This document shows, piece by piece, positions 17,600 to 27,254 of a DNA stretch of 64,000 bases. Within the stretch, counting starts at the first letter, position 1, and each line of letters opens with the position of its first letter. Both the position numbers and the translations under genes were made by a program. The notes beneath the pieces are model-generated. The model did not search any database. It was not told the DNA's origin and saw only the letters and a program-made list of their open reading frames with translations. Source of the DNA: a virus. The stretch covers positions 17,075 to 81,074 of the IMG/VR virus record IMGVR_UViG_3300049740_002954; one strand, given 5' to 3'.

Positions 17600-20158
17600 T
17601 TATTTAACTTCAGACATTTTCATGTATATCTTTTCGTCCATTATATTGATTGAGTCGAGAAAAACTATATCTTCGGCTTTTCTGCCATATGCAACAATTA
17701 TATTTTTTTTGCACGGTGTTTTATGCTTCGATTCAAAATATCTATCGTAAAAATTGCCTCTACGAGAGTTCAATAACATTGCGTCATATCTTCCATGTTC
17801 ATCAGAGATAGATAGCTTCATGTATTTATTTCCATTGCGAGAAGTTCTTTTTATGCAGTCGTCCACGACCCCAATAAATTTACCTTTTTCATCTGCATCC
17901 ATAATAGATAGATCTCTAGAATCTTTTAATGCTTGATATGAGTCTATGAAGCAGGCTTTAAGGGAAGAGCTATGGCTGTATCCAAGGAGTTCTGTTTCGA
18001 AATACCAGTTTGCAAAATTTTGATATTGTTTGTTTTTATCATAAATTTCTTTGTAGATATCATACTTTTTCTTAAAGGTTTTGAATCTAGACTCTTTCAT
18101 TAAAGGTTTGCCATCATCACCCACCAAGTCTCCTTTTTTCGCATCAGCAATACAATTTAATAACTTATATTCATATTTTTCACCTAAAAGTATAAAATTT
18201 CTTTTTTCTCTATCGGTAAGGAGATTGAAAGCTTGAGCTTCTAAAACCATTAGTGATCTATTTGAGCCTTTACTCTCCAATGCTCCCGCTTGAATCAAAG
18301 CGCTCAAAACACCAATATTAAGTCCAGCTTGCTTTGCTGCGAGGAAAATATCGTACTTTGTTGGAGTTTCGCTTGAACGAAAATCTCTTAAAGACTGTAG
18401 AGACTTTTCACTAACACCTTTAATGCTGTTTAGGCCGAATCTGATGTTTTTTCCTTCGATAGAAAAATCCATACCTGATTTAGCTAAATCAGGAGAAAGA
18501 AGCTTTATTCCAAAATTAGATAATTCCTTGCACACTTTTGAAATTTCTTCTTGAGGAGACGGTTCGTACTTAGTCATTTTTAATAGCGACATAAAAAACT
18601 GCTGTGGGTAATTAAATTTTAAATAAGCTGTCCAGGCGGATAATGTTGCATATGCAAGAGAGTGAGATTTATTAAAAGAATAATTTGCGCTATCCTCCGC
18701 AACGCTCCATAAAATATGTGATATTTCTCTTGGTAAATTGTTTTGTTCAACTTTATCTTCGATTTTCTTTTTCCAGGCTGGCATTTGATCTACTTTTTTC
18801 TTTCCAACTATTCTCCTGAGCTGTTCCGCTTCATCGAGAGTAAAGCCGACTTTAACTGCCATTTGCATCAATTGCTCTTGGTAAAGAGGAATTCCTCCTG
18901 TATAATCCAATACATCACTAAAAAATTCATGGATAACTTGCGCCTCTTCTGTTTCTGAGTAGGTTGCATAATTATCTAAAAACTCTAACGCACCTGGTCT
19001 TCCGATAGCTACCACTGCGCTCAGTTGCTCTAGGTCTTTTGGCTTGATTTTTTTGCAAACTCTATAGTTTGTATCTGATTCAAGCTGAAAAAGTCCATGG
19101 GGAGTTTTTAAAGATTGAAGTGGCTTGTATATATCTAGGTCGTTCAAATCTACAGATGAAATGTCTACGTCAATGCTATTGCAAACATCATAAATGACGC
19201 TCAAAGTTCTAAGTCCTAAAATATCAAACTTAACCATAAGTTCTGCAACCCAATTCATATCGTAACCTGTAACTAAAGCTCCATCATTAGACTTTTGAAT
19301 GGGACAGATATCTTTAATTTTCTGAGAAGAAATAGCAATTCCACTAGGGTGAACGCCCGTGTTTTTGTTTAAGCCTTCTAATTTTAAGGCCACTTCAAAA
19401 ACTTCAGGATTATTTGCTGTCCAGTCAGCGAATTTTTCACTTTCTTTTATGGCTGAAGAGATTGGCATAACTACTCCAAATTTCTTTGGAATTGTGTCGC
19501 TAACTTCGTTTACTTCTTGCTCGGAAAATTCACCTACAATCTTACCGCATTCTTTAATGCAAAGTTTACCGCTTAAAGTATTGAGGGTCAGAATTTTAGC
19601 TGTTCTAGATGGATGTTTTTTTTCGATATATTCAATGACTTCAACTCTTCTTTCATACGCTATATCATTATCTACATCCGCTAAAAGACTCCCATCTAGA
19701 TAAGTCGTGCCATTTTTTTCTATTTTCCTAGCTCTGCTTTTAGAGACAAAGCGCTCAAAAAATAAACTATATTTTACGGGATCTACATTTGTAACTCCGA
19801 TAAGATATAAGACTAAAGATCCTGCAGCAGATCCTCTACCTGGGCCCGTTGGAATGTCATTTTCATGGCAATAGTTTAATATATCCCAATTAAGTAATAT
19901 GTAATCTATAAACCCTAATTCGTCTAAGATTTTTAATTCTGATTTTGCTCGATCAAAATATTCCTTTTTGTTTTCAAATTTATCTATTCCTCTGTCATAG
20001 ACTCCTTTGTGGCATAATTTACGAAGAAAATCAAAATTAGATATATCTTCTGACGCTTCAAGTATTTCATAGTATTTTTTTTCGATTTTAATTTCTGGCA
20101 GCTTCACCCCTGGAGGCGCACAGTCTTCATAGTTTGTAAATTGTTCTGTAAAATTCAT
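17600..20158 (-). CDS. dnaE: DNA polymerase III alpha (DnaE) catalytic core lacking the N-terminal PHP domain
   Basis: GPGRGSAAGSLV, FERF, ADVDND, HPSG, KFDILGL, YQEQ, FNKSH; start placed at ATG 20158 (TAATG coupling; ORF track gives 20176). Confidence 0.9.
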   Translation of the reverse strand: MNFTEQFTNYEDCAPPGVKLPEIKIEKKYYEILEASEDISNFDFLRKLCHKGVYDRGIDKFENKKEYFDRAKSELKILDELGFIDYILLNWDILNYCHENDIPTGPGRGSAAGSLVLYLIGVTNVDPVKYSLFFERFVSKSRARKIEKNGTTYLDGSLLADVDNDIAYERRVEVIEYIEKKHPSRTAKILTLNTLSGKLCIKECGKIVGEFSEQEVNEVSDTIPKKFGVVMPISSAIKESEKFADWTANNPEVFEVALKLEGLNKNTGVHPSGIAISSQKIKDICPIQKSNDGALVTGYDMNWVAELMVKFDILGLRTLSVIYDVCNSIDVDISSVDLNDLDIYKPLQSLKTPHGLFQLESDTNYRVCKKIKPKDLEQLSAVVAIGRPGALEFLDNYATYSETEEAQVIHEFFSDVLDYTGGIPLYQEQLMQMAVKVGFTLDEAEQLRRIVGKKKVDQMPAWKKKIEDKVEQNNLPREISHILWSVAEDSANYSFNKSHSLAYATLSAWTAYLKFNYPQQFFMSLLKMTKYEPSPQEEISKVCKELSNFGIKLLSPDLAKSGMDFSIEGKNIRFGLNSIKGVSEKSLQSLRDFRSSETPTKYDIFLAAKQAGLNIGVLSALIQAGALESKGSNRSLMVLEAQAFNLLTDREKRNFILLGEKYEYKLLNCIADAKKGDLVGDDGKPLMKESRFKTFKKKYDIYKEIYDKNKQYQNFANWYFETELLGYSHSSSLKACFIDSYQALKDSRDLSIMDADEKGKFIGVVDDCIKRTSRNGNKYMKLSISDEHGRYDAMLLNSRRGNFYDRYFESKHKTPCKKNIIVAYGRKAEDIVFLDSINIMDEKIYMKMSEVK

Positions 20159-20802
20159 TATACTTCTATTTCCCATATCATTTTTTTAAATACTTCGTAG
20201 TTAACTCTAATGTCATATAAAGCATCATGCAATTTTTTCTCGTCAAAGTCAACATCAAAATCTTTACAGCATTGCTTTAAATTGCAGCTTAAGCCCCTCT
20301 CGATCAAATGGTTAAGTCGATATTGCCATGCTAAGAAATTATCATCTTTATCTAACTTAATTCTCTTTTTAAGCGCTTTTGCTAAACAAAGAGTATCCAC
20401 AAGGTTTTTTGTATAACTAAAATCAGATTTTGCATTTGAATCTATAAGTTTTCGATGTAGGTTATGCATATAAACATCAAAGCCAAGTAAGTTATGCCCA
20501 ACCTTAAGGTAAGAGTCGTCATAAAGGTATTTCTCGAAGTGCTCTAGCGCAGCTTTGGGGCAAGAAGCTTTTTTCTTATATTTTGCTTCGGTAAACCCAG
20601 TAATCTTTGCTGCGTCAGGAGATACATTTAGTTCGTCCCATTTTAACCAATAATCTTTTTGTTCAATAATTTCATTATTTTCTATAACAAGAAATGCTAA
20701 CTGCCATGGTTTATTATTTGATACAAGATTTAAATTACATGTTTCATAATCAAACAGTAAATACTTTTTATTTTTTTGAAATCTAAGTAGTGATTCTTTC
20801 AT
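20158..20802 (-). CDS. DEDDh 3'-5' exonuclease (DnaQ/epsilon-like)
   Basis: ExoI FDYET, ExoII GHNLLGFD, ExoIII HDALYD. Confidence 0.85.
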   Translation of the reverse strand: MKESLLRFQKNKKYLLFDYETCNLNLVSNNKPWQLAFLVIENNEIIEQKDYWLKWDELNVSPDAAKITGFTEAKYKKKASCPKAALEHFEKYLYDDSYLKVGHNLLGFDVYMHNLHRKLIDSNAKSDFSYTKNLVDTLCLAKALKKRIKLDKDDNFLAWQYRLNHLIERGLSCNLKQCCKDFDVDFDEKKLHDALYDIRVNYEVFKKMIWEIEV

Positions 20803-21305
20803 TTTAAGTCTTTTCTTTTGTTATTGCCATAGTTTATAAACAACTCCTTACCTTTTTTAATAGATTGATTGGTAGTATATTTAAAAACGAAATCATTGTA
20901 ATCCAATTCGAAGTCCACATTGGCTTCGTTCGAATGGTTGTAGATCATACCATAACCCAAAACCACTGCGACTGAAAAAATACTCTCGAGATCTGAATAA
21001 CCCAAGTCTTTTATTTCTTCTTCAAGATCCTTTCTAAGATCTTCGTCGGGAATCATTGATTTCAATATAATTTGAAAATTAAGTCTTTCGTTTTCTTGGG
21101 GAGTAAGTTTTTCATTGTAAAACATAGAAAATACGTATCTGCCAAGCTCTTTGTCTTGAAGTCTTTTTGTTTTACCAGATATGATAAAGTGAGCCTCTTC
21201 AATCAATTCACCTTTCTTTAAGTCTTGCGACGCAAAAACTCCTCGGCCTCTTATTTTTGATTTTCCAATTTCTATTTTTGTTAAAGGTATTAAATCGTAT
21301 TTCAT
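20799..21305 (-). CDS. SET-domain protein (putative lysine methyltransferase)
   Basis: GRGVFASQDLKKGELI, YNHSNEAN, IKKGKELFINYG; ATG 21305 overlaps upstream TGA. Confidence 0.85.
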   Translation of the reverse strand: MKYDLIPLTKIEIGKSKIRGRGVFASQDLKKGELIEEAHFIISGKTKRLQDKELGRYVFSMFYNEKLTPQENERLNFQIILKSMIPDEDLRKDLEEEIKDLGYSDLESIFSVAVVLGYGMIYNHSNEANVDFELDYNDFVFKYTTNQSIKKGKELFINYGNNKRKDLK

Positions 21306-22060
21306 TGTTGTTCTTTCCAGCTCTCGAAGCAAAATTCATTACTACCGAAATGATCTAGGTTTGGTTTTGATAGGGTTTTGTTTCCAAATGTTCTACCTGT
21401 TATACATTTGTATGTTTGTAGCGCCTTTACATCTTTTTTGTTTTTATAATATATACTCTTTGTTTTTTCTGTTTTTAATTTATTCAAACCAGCATATTGT
21501 TCAACTTTTTTAGAGACAAAGTCATCGAATGGCAAAGAATTATCTTCTATAAATAAAGTTGGCTTACAAAAGTCTAAGTCTGGAGTACAGTTTGAGAATT
21601 TAATTAAATTATTAAATATAAAAGAATCATAAAATGGTATAGCCATACATAAATCTTTATTCTTCCAATATTTTTTTAATGTTTTTTTATCTACGCAATT
21701 AAAGTTCTTCGTGAAAGCATCGCTATATATGTTGTTTAGCAGCTTGCATCCGTTAGAATTTTTTACAAAGATAATAATCTTGTGAGAAGATTGCTGCTTT
21801 TCTTCTTTTGGGTTTATGGATGCATCTTCTTTCATATTGATTCTGAGGCCGAAAATTAATTGTATGCCAAGCGCATCCGCCTGCTTTTTTGCTTGAAGAA
21901 AACCTGAAAGAGAGTCTTCCACAAGAATAACTTTTTTTAGATTATTTTCTGATGCAATTGCAAAAACGCTGTCTGATTTGCCTTCTTTGTGTGTAATTGG
22001 ATCATCAAGCGTTAATATGCTTTTGCCTATAGAAAAGTGGCTTTTAAATAAAGGTAACAT
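21302..22060 (-). CDS. Stand-alone PHP domain of DnaE (degenerate)
   Basis: FKSHFSIGKSIL, VEDSLSGFLQA, IFGLRI, KNSNGCKLL follow the DnaE PHP outline. Confidence 0.75.
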   Translation of the reverse strand: MLPLFKSHFSIGKSILTLDDPITHKEGKSDSVFAIASENNLKKVILVEDSLSGFLQAKKQADALGIQLIFGLRINMKEDASINPKEEKQQSSHKIIIFVKNSNGCKLLNNIYSDAFTKNFNCVDKKTLKKYWKNKDLCMAIPFYDSFIFNNLIKFSNCTPDLDFCKPTLFIEDNSLPFDDFVSKKVEQYAGLNKLKTEKTKSIYYKNKKDVKALQTYKCITGRTFGNKTLSKPNLDHFGSNEFCFESWKEQQ

Positions 22061-22066
22061 GCCTCT

Positions 22067-22095
22067 ATTCTATAACAAAAAAAGTTAAATGTCAA
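22067..22095 (-). promoter_or_regulatory. sigma70-type promoter for the PHP-SET-exo-dnaE operon
   Basis: TTGACA-17 nt-TAGAAT, -10 element ending 7 nt before the ATG at 22060. Confidence 0.75.
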
Positions 22096-22129
22096 GGTCT
22101 AAAAAGTTATTAACACACGGTATTTCACA

Positions 22130-22158
22130 TTGACATCTACAGCTAAAAATGTTAATAT
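22130..22158 (+). promoter_or_regulatory. sigma70-type promoter for nrdA
   Basis: TTGACA-17 nt-TAATAT. Confidence 0.65.
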
Positions 22159-22170
22159 TTTAAACATCAT

Positions 22171-24588
22171 ATGGATATAAAAGTAAAAAAACGAAACGGA
22201 CGACTTCAAAAGTTTATAGTAGAAAAAATTAATGCAAATGTAGAGCGCGCATGTGAGGATGTATCAGATGTGTCAGTCAGCGAGATTGTATTAGACGCGC
22301 AGTTGCAATTATACGATAAAATTACCACAAAAGAAATTGACACAGCTTTAATATTGAGCGCTAGAGAGAAAATAGAAAAGGAGCCCAATTACAGTTACGC
22401 AGCCGCGAGGTTATTGTTGAATACGGTATATAAGGAAGTCTTTAAAGAGGGGGTCGACTCTGACATTTTCCGACTGCAATATAGGAAAAGTTTCGTTCAG
22501 GGTATAAAAAAGTTAGTTAAAAGCGAAAAACTTAATAGCAGAATGCTTGAGTATGATTTAAGTAAATTGTCAGAAGCCATTAGAATCCGAAGAGATCTTT
22601 CTTTTAAATACTTAGGGATACAAATTCTTGCTGATAGATATTTCATTAGGGAAGAAGGGAAAATAATGGAGGCCCCTCAGTCTTTTTGGATGAGGGTGGC
22701 TATGGGCTTAGCTCTCAACGAAGAGAATAAAGAAGAGTGGGCCATTAAATATTATGACATGTTTAGCCAGTTTCTTTATACCTCTTCAACTCCCACATTA
22801 TTTAACAGTGGCAGTGTGAGATCTCAGTTAAGCTCTTGCTATTTAAATACCTTTGATGATAGTATTGATGGAATTTTTGACGGAGCTTGGCAAGAAGCTC
22901 GAAAAAGCAAATATGCAGGCGGCCTTGGTTTAGATGTAACTCCTTTTAGGTCAACTGGTTCGCATATAAAAGGTACAAATGGAGTATCTAGCGGCTTGGT
23001 TCCTTGGCTTAAAATATACAATGATCTTTTAGTTGCTGTAAATCAAGGAGGAAAACGCCCGGGTGCTGGATGCGCTTATTTGGAACCTTGGCATTTAGAC
23101 TTTGAAGATTTCTTGAACCTAAGAAGAAATACTGGAGATGATAGATTAAGATGCCATGATATGAATACTGCCTCTTGGCTACCTGATGAATTTATGCGCA
23201 GGGTTCAAAATGAAGATGTTTGGTACTTTTTTGATCCAAAAGAGTCTGGGCTGCATAATTTGTTTGGGGCGGAGTTTGACAAAAAATATAATGAGCTTTG
23301 CGACAAAGCTGAAGAGGGTTTAGTAAAAAATTATAGAATAACCACAGCAAAAAACCTTTGGAAAAAAATGCTCAAGGTATTATTTGAAACTTCTCATCCA
23401 TGGAACACTTTCAAAGATCCATGTAATATTAGATATACGAATCAACACGAGGGCGTGGTTCATAGTAGTAATTTATGCACAGAGATAACCCTTCATACAA
23501 AGTCTTCTACGTACAAAAAGGGCGAAAAGACAAGTATTGGAGAAACAGCTGTTTGTAATCTTGGCTCAGTAAATTTACTAAATCATTTAAATGATGATAA
23601 TACTCTAGATTATGATAAATTAAAAAATACAATACATACTGCTATTAGAGCTTTAGATAGTGTTGTAGATCTTAACTTTTATCCAACTAAAGAAGCAGAG
23701 AATAGCAATTTAAAACATCGCCCTATTGGTTTGGGTATGATGGCATTACATGATATTTGTCACAGAATGAATATTAATATTGATAGCGATGAAGCTGTAC
23801 AATTTAATGATAAATTGTTTGAGTTTTATTCGTATCACGCTATTTATGCAAGCTCTTTATTGGCCAAAGAAAAGGGTCGATATGAAACTTTCGAGGGTTC
23901 ATTGTGGAGTCAAGACAAGCTCCCAATTGATTCCTATGCAGACCTAATGAAATACAAGGGCAATCAGTTTAAGGCTAAGACTACTCTTGATTGGGGTGTC
24001 GTTAGAGAAAGTATCTCACAAAATGGTATGCGCAATAGTAATGTTATGGCTATTGCTCCCACAGCTACTATTGGTTATATCAACGGCGTAGAGCAAAGTA
24101 TAGAGCCCAATTTTTCTGTATTATTTGTATACGAAAATAAGAGCGGTAATTTCTTTATTACTAATCAACATTTTATTAATGACATGAAGTCTGCCGGACT
24201 GTGGAATGGTGAGGTGGCTAAACTTATAAAAAGTGTTGATGGAGACCTTTCATTATTAAATGGCGATATTCCATCTGAATTAAAAGAAAAATATAAAACG
24301 GCTTTTGATCGTGATATGTTTAAATTAATCGAATGCAATGCAGTTCGTCAGAAATGGATTGATCAAGCGGTGAGTTTTAATCTATATAATAAATCTACTT
24401 CATTGAAGTATTTAAATGATGTTTATATGTCTTGTTGGGAGGCAGGTTTAAAAACCACATATTATCTCCGCAATAGAGCGGCCTCCAAGGTAGAGAAGTC
24501 TCACGCAGAAGAAACTAAAAAAGAAGAGCCTTCTGCTTGTAGTATTGAAGCTATGAAAAATGGAGGTGCTTGTGAGAGTTGTCAATGA
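22171..24588 (+). CDS. nrdA: Ribonucleotide reductase class I large subunit with ATP cone
   Basis: VKKRNG ATP cone, TPTLFN, SSCY, SNLCTEI, VCNLGS, APTAT, KTTYYLR, C-terminal CESCQ. Confidence 0.95.
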   Translation: MDIKVKKRNGRLQKFIVEKINANVERACEDVSDVSVSEIVLDAQLQLYDKITTKEIDTALILSAREKIEKEPNYSYAAARLLLNTVYKEVFKEGVDSDIFRLQYRKSFVQGIKKLVKSEKLNSRMLEYDLSKLSEAIRIRRDLSFKYLGIQILADRYFIREEGKIMEAPQSFWMRVAMGLALNEENKEEWAIKYYDMFSQFLYTSSTPTLFNSGSVRSQLSSCYLNTFDDSIDGIFDGAWQEARKSKYAGGLGLDVTPFRSTGSHIKGTNGVSSGLVPWLKIYNDLLVAVNQGGKRPGAGCAYLEPWHLDFEDFLNLRRNTGDDRLRCHDMNTASWLPDEFMRRVQNEDVWYFFDPKESGLHNLFGAEFDKKYNELCDKAEEGLVKNYRITTAKNLWKKMLKVLFETSHPWNTFKDPCNIRYTNQHEGVVHSSNLCTEITLHTKSSTYKKGEKTSIGETAVCNLGSVNLLNHLNDDNTLDYDKLKNTIHTAIRALDSVVDLNFYPTKEAENSNLKHRPIGLGMMALHDICHRMNINIDSDEAVQFNDKLFEFYSYHAIYASSLLAKEKGRYETFEGSLWSQDKLPIDSYADLMKYKGNQFKAKTTLDWGVVRESISQNGMRNSNVMAIAPTATIGYINGVEQSIEPNFSVLFVYENKSGNFFITNQHFINDMKSAGLWNGEVAKLIKSVDGDLSLLNGDIPSELKEKYKTAFDRDMFKLIECNAVRQKWIDQAVSFNLYNKSTSLKYLNDVYMSCWEAGLKTTYYLRNRAASKVEKSHAEETKKEEPSACSIEAMKNGGACESCQ

Positions 24589-24857
24589 CGAATCGACATA
24601 AACATCTTAAGGCTTTTAAAGAAGCGATACTTAGATCTAAAATAATAAAAAAAGATCTTTTGAGAATAAATAATAAAATAGGAAATTTAAATTACGCAAA
24701 ACATAGGAATTGCGCGGAGTCAGCCTACGTATCAACTCTTGAAGAAATTATTAATCAAGGAAAAAAATATTTAAGTTTAAACCCCGAGTCTGACGAATCA
24801 ATTAGAGTCGCTATAGATATCGATAAATACTATACAGAGCTAACAAACATGCGATAA
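24579..24857 (+). CDS. Hypothetical protein
   Basis: ORF filling the gap between nrdA and the protease gene. Confidence 0.5.
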   Translation: MSMTNRHKHLKAFKEAILRSKIIKKDLLRINNKIGNLNYAKHRNCAESAYVSTLEEIINQGKKYLSLNPESDESIRVAIDIDKYYTELTNMR

Positions 24858-24874
24858 TTAGTGTATATTATTGC

Positions 24875-26149
24875 ATGAATGATAAAGATTATGTTCTTCC
24901 AGACATCGAAGTTGAAAAAGTATATTCTGCGTTTGGCGAGATAGAAGGTTGGGGCCCAAAGCAATTAAATTTATCTAAAATTTGGGAAAAATACACAGGA
25001 AATGGAATTACTATTGGGGTAATTGATACAGGGTTGCCTGTGCATAGAGATATTAACGATAACGCTTTGCCTGGAGAAAGTTTTGTTGATGGGGAAGAAA
25101 TAGAAGATCTTCACGGGCATCAAACTCACTGCGTAGGGATTATATCTGCAAAAGATAATGATGAGGGTATGATTGGTGTCGCTCCAAAAGCAAAATGTTT
25201 ATGCATAAAAGGGCTAAGCAATTCGGGCAGAGGTAGTTCTGCTGGAATCGCAAAAGCGCTTGAATATTGTTTAGATAAAAATGTTGACTTGGTTAGCATG
25301 TCTCTAGGTAGTCCTTTTCCATCTACTCAAACACATGAAGTTATTAAAAAATTATATGCAAAAAATATTCCTGTAATTTGTGCCGCAGGAAACTCTGGTA
25401 ACGCAGGGGTAAATTATCCGGCCGCCTTCAAAGAATGTATAGCTGTGGCAGCGTACGATCAATTTCAAAACATTGCTTATTTTTCTTCAAAAGGTGGAGA
25501 GGTTGATGTAGCTGCCCCTGGGGTAAAAGTATATAGCACGTATTTAAATAACGCATATGCTTCAATGAATGGAACTTCTATGGCCTGCCCTTTCGTTGCT
25601 GGTGTCGTAGCGCTTTTAATTTCTAAACTCAGAGCAGAAGGAAAAGATTATACTGTTGAGTCGATTAGAAAAATATTAATTGAAACTGCAGACGACAAGG
25701 GGGAAGAAGGGAAAGATAATTCTTGGGGTTATGGAATAATTGATCCCGATTCAATTTTACTTAACACTCCAGATTTAAAGCCAGAACCTGAGCCAGAGCC
25801 AGAACCTGAGCCAGAACCTGAGCCAGAACCTGAGCCAGAACCTGAGCCTGAGCCAGAACCTGAGCCTGAACCTGAGCCAGAACCTGAGCCAGAACCTGAG
25901 CCAGAACCTGAGCCAGAACCTGAGCCAGAACCTGAGCCAGAGCCTGAGCCAGAGCCTGAGCCAGAACCTGAGCCAGAGCCTGAGCCTGGACCTAAGCCCA
26001 AAAAAAATAAAAAAATTATTATACCGATTATAATTGGTATATCTTTAGCTATTATAGCTGGAGTTATATTCCTAAATGATAATGAAGAGGTTCCCGAAAT
26101 AGATTGGGATCAAAAATTTCTTGACGAAAAAAATAGTAATCTAAATTAA
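24875..26149 (+). CDS. Subtilisin-like S8 serine protease with (PE)n stalk and C-terminal TM anchor
   Basis: VIDTG (D), HGHQTHCVG (H), [11 protein letters not shown] (S); PE repeat; [22 protein letters not shown]. Confidence 0.9.
   Translation: MNDKDYVLPDIEVEKVYSAFGEIEGWGPKQLNLSKIWEKYTGNGITIGVIDTGLPVHRDINDNALPGESFVDGEEIEDLHGHQTHCVGIISAKDNDEGMIGVAPKAKCLCIKGLSNSGRGSSAGIAKALEYCLDKNVDLVSMSLGSPFPSTQTHEVIKKLYAKNIPVICAAGNSGNAGVNYPAAFKECIAVAAYDQFQNIAYFSSKGGEVDVAAPGVKVYSTYLNNAYASMNGTSMACPFVAGVVALLISKLRAEGKDYTVESIRKILIETADDKGEEGKDNSWGYGIIDPDSILLNTPDLKPEPEPEPEPEPEPEPEPEPEPEPEPEPEPEPEPEPEPEPEPEPEPEPEPEPEPEPEPEPEPEPEPEPEPGPKPKKNKKIIIPIIIGISLAIIAGVIFLNDNEEVPEIDWDQKFLDEKNSNLN
25781..25984 (+). repeat. Coding microsatellite: 34 x CCWGAR (Pro-Glu)
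   Basis: Tandem CCAGAA/CCTGAG/CCAGAG units. Confidence 0.95.
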
Positions 26150-26151
26150 AA

Positions 26152-26180
26152 TTGACATCGTTGTATTAATTTGGTATTAT
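26152..26180 (+). promoter_or_regulatory. sigma70-type promoter for nrdB
   Basis: TTGACA-17 nt-TATTAT, -10 element ending 7 nt before the ATG at 26187. Confidence 0.75.
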
Positions 26181-26186
26181 TATTAG

Positions 26187-27200
26187 ATGGAAACTAAAAC
26201 AGGAGAACTATTAACAGAAAATATTGCTGGAGTAAATAGAATTTTACCTCACAAGCATAAATATGCGTGGGATTTATTTCTTAAAAGCTGCGCGAATAAC
26301 TGGATGCCTACTGAAATCAGTATGCAAAATGATATTAAACAGTGGAAAAACAATGAAATCACAGAAGATGAAAAACTACTCGTTAAACGCTGCCTTGGAT
26401 TTTTTGCAGGATCTGAGTCTTTGGTTGGCAACAACCTTCTTCTTTCGGCTTTTAGATTTATTACTGATGCTGAGTGTCGTCAGTACATACTTCGTCAAGC
26501 TTTTGAAGAAAGTCTTCACAATCTCACGGTAGTATATGTCTGCGATAGCCTCGATCTTAATATAGAAGAGGTTTTTGCTGCATATGAAACAATTCCAAGT
26601 ATTAAGGCTAAAGATGATTTTTTAATGGAAATTACAAATGATATCAGTAGACAAGATTTCAATCCTCATACGACCGAGGGAAAGCAAGAAATTTTAAGAA
26701 ACTTTTTAACTTATTGGATTGTATGCGAAGGCACTTTTTTCTTTAGTGGATTCGCAATGCTGTTAGCGTTAGGAAGACAAAATAAATTACAAGGAATTTC
26801 TGATCAAATTAAGTATACCTTGAGAGATGAAAGCTCTCATATTGCTTTTGGAACTTACTTAATTAATACTTTAATAGATCAAAACCCAGAAATTTGGACC
26901 GAAGAAATTCAAAACGAATTTGTAGAGCATATGAAAAAAGCCGTTGAGTTAGAAATTGCTTATGCTCATGACGTACTTCCAACAGGAATTCTTGGTCTAA
27001 ATGCAGATATGTTTGTTGATTATATGTATTATATTGGAAATCGAAGATTAGAAGCTATAGGTTTAAAATATCGTTTTCCAAGTGATAAAAACCCTTTTCC
27101 TTGGCTAAGTGAGGTTGTGGATGTTCAAGCTATGGGCAATTTCTTTGAACGTAGAGTTAGAGAGTATCAACAAAGCGGCGCTTTAGAAGACGATTTTTAA
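26187..27200 (+). CDS. nrdB: Ribonucleotide reductase small subunit, class Ic (R2c)-like
   Basis: FFAGSESLVGNN, EESLHNLTV (no radical Tyr), EGTFFFSGF, RDESSH, NFFERRVREY. Confidence 0.9.
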   Translation: METKTGELLTENIAGVNRILPHKHKYAWDLFLKSCANNWMPTEISMQNDIKQWKNNEITEDEKLLVKRCLGFFAGSESLVGNNLLLSAFRFITDAECRQYILRQAFEESLHNLTVVYVCDSLDLNIEEVFAAYETIPSIKAKDDFLMEITNDISRQDFNPHTTEGKQEILRNFLTYWIVCEGTFFFSGFAMLLALGRQNKLQGISDQIKYTLRDESSHIAFGTYLINTLIDQNPEIWTEEIQNEFVEHMKKAVELEIAYAHDVLPTGILGLNADMFVDYMYYIGNRRLEAIGLKYRFPSDKNPFPWLSEVVDVQAMGNFFERRVREYQQSGALEDDF

Positions 27201-27223
27201 TTTACAAAACTCCAAAAGAAACC

Positions 27224-27254
27224 AAAAAAAAGCCCCCAAATGGGGGCTTTTTTT
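27224..27254. terminator. Bidirectional intrinsic terminator
   Basis: AAAAAAAAGCCCCCA-AA-TGGGGGCTTTTTTT between convergent nrdB and DUF1501 genes. Confidence 0.9.

Noticed and set aside
20158-22060. Split intein joining PHP and DnaE core
   Set aside because: No intein N-terminal block of plausible length and no His-Asn/Cys junction at the start of the core gene.
25729-26001. Antisense (GS)n ORF
   Set aside because: Shadow of the Pro-Glu repeat in the S8 protease.
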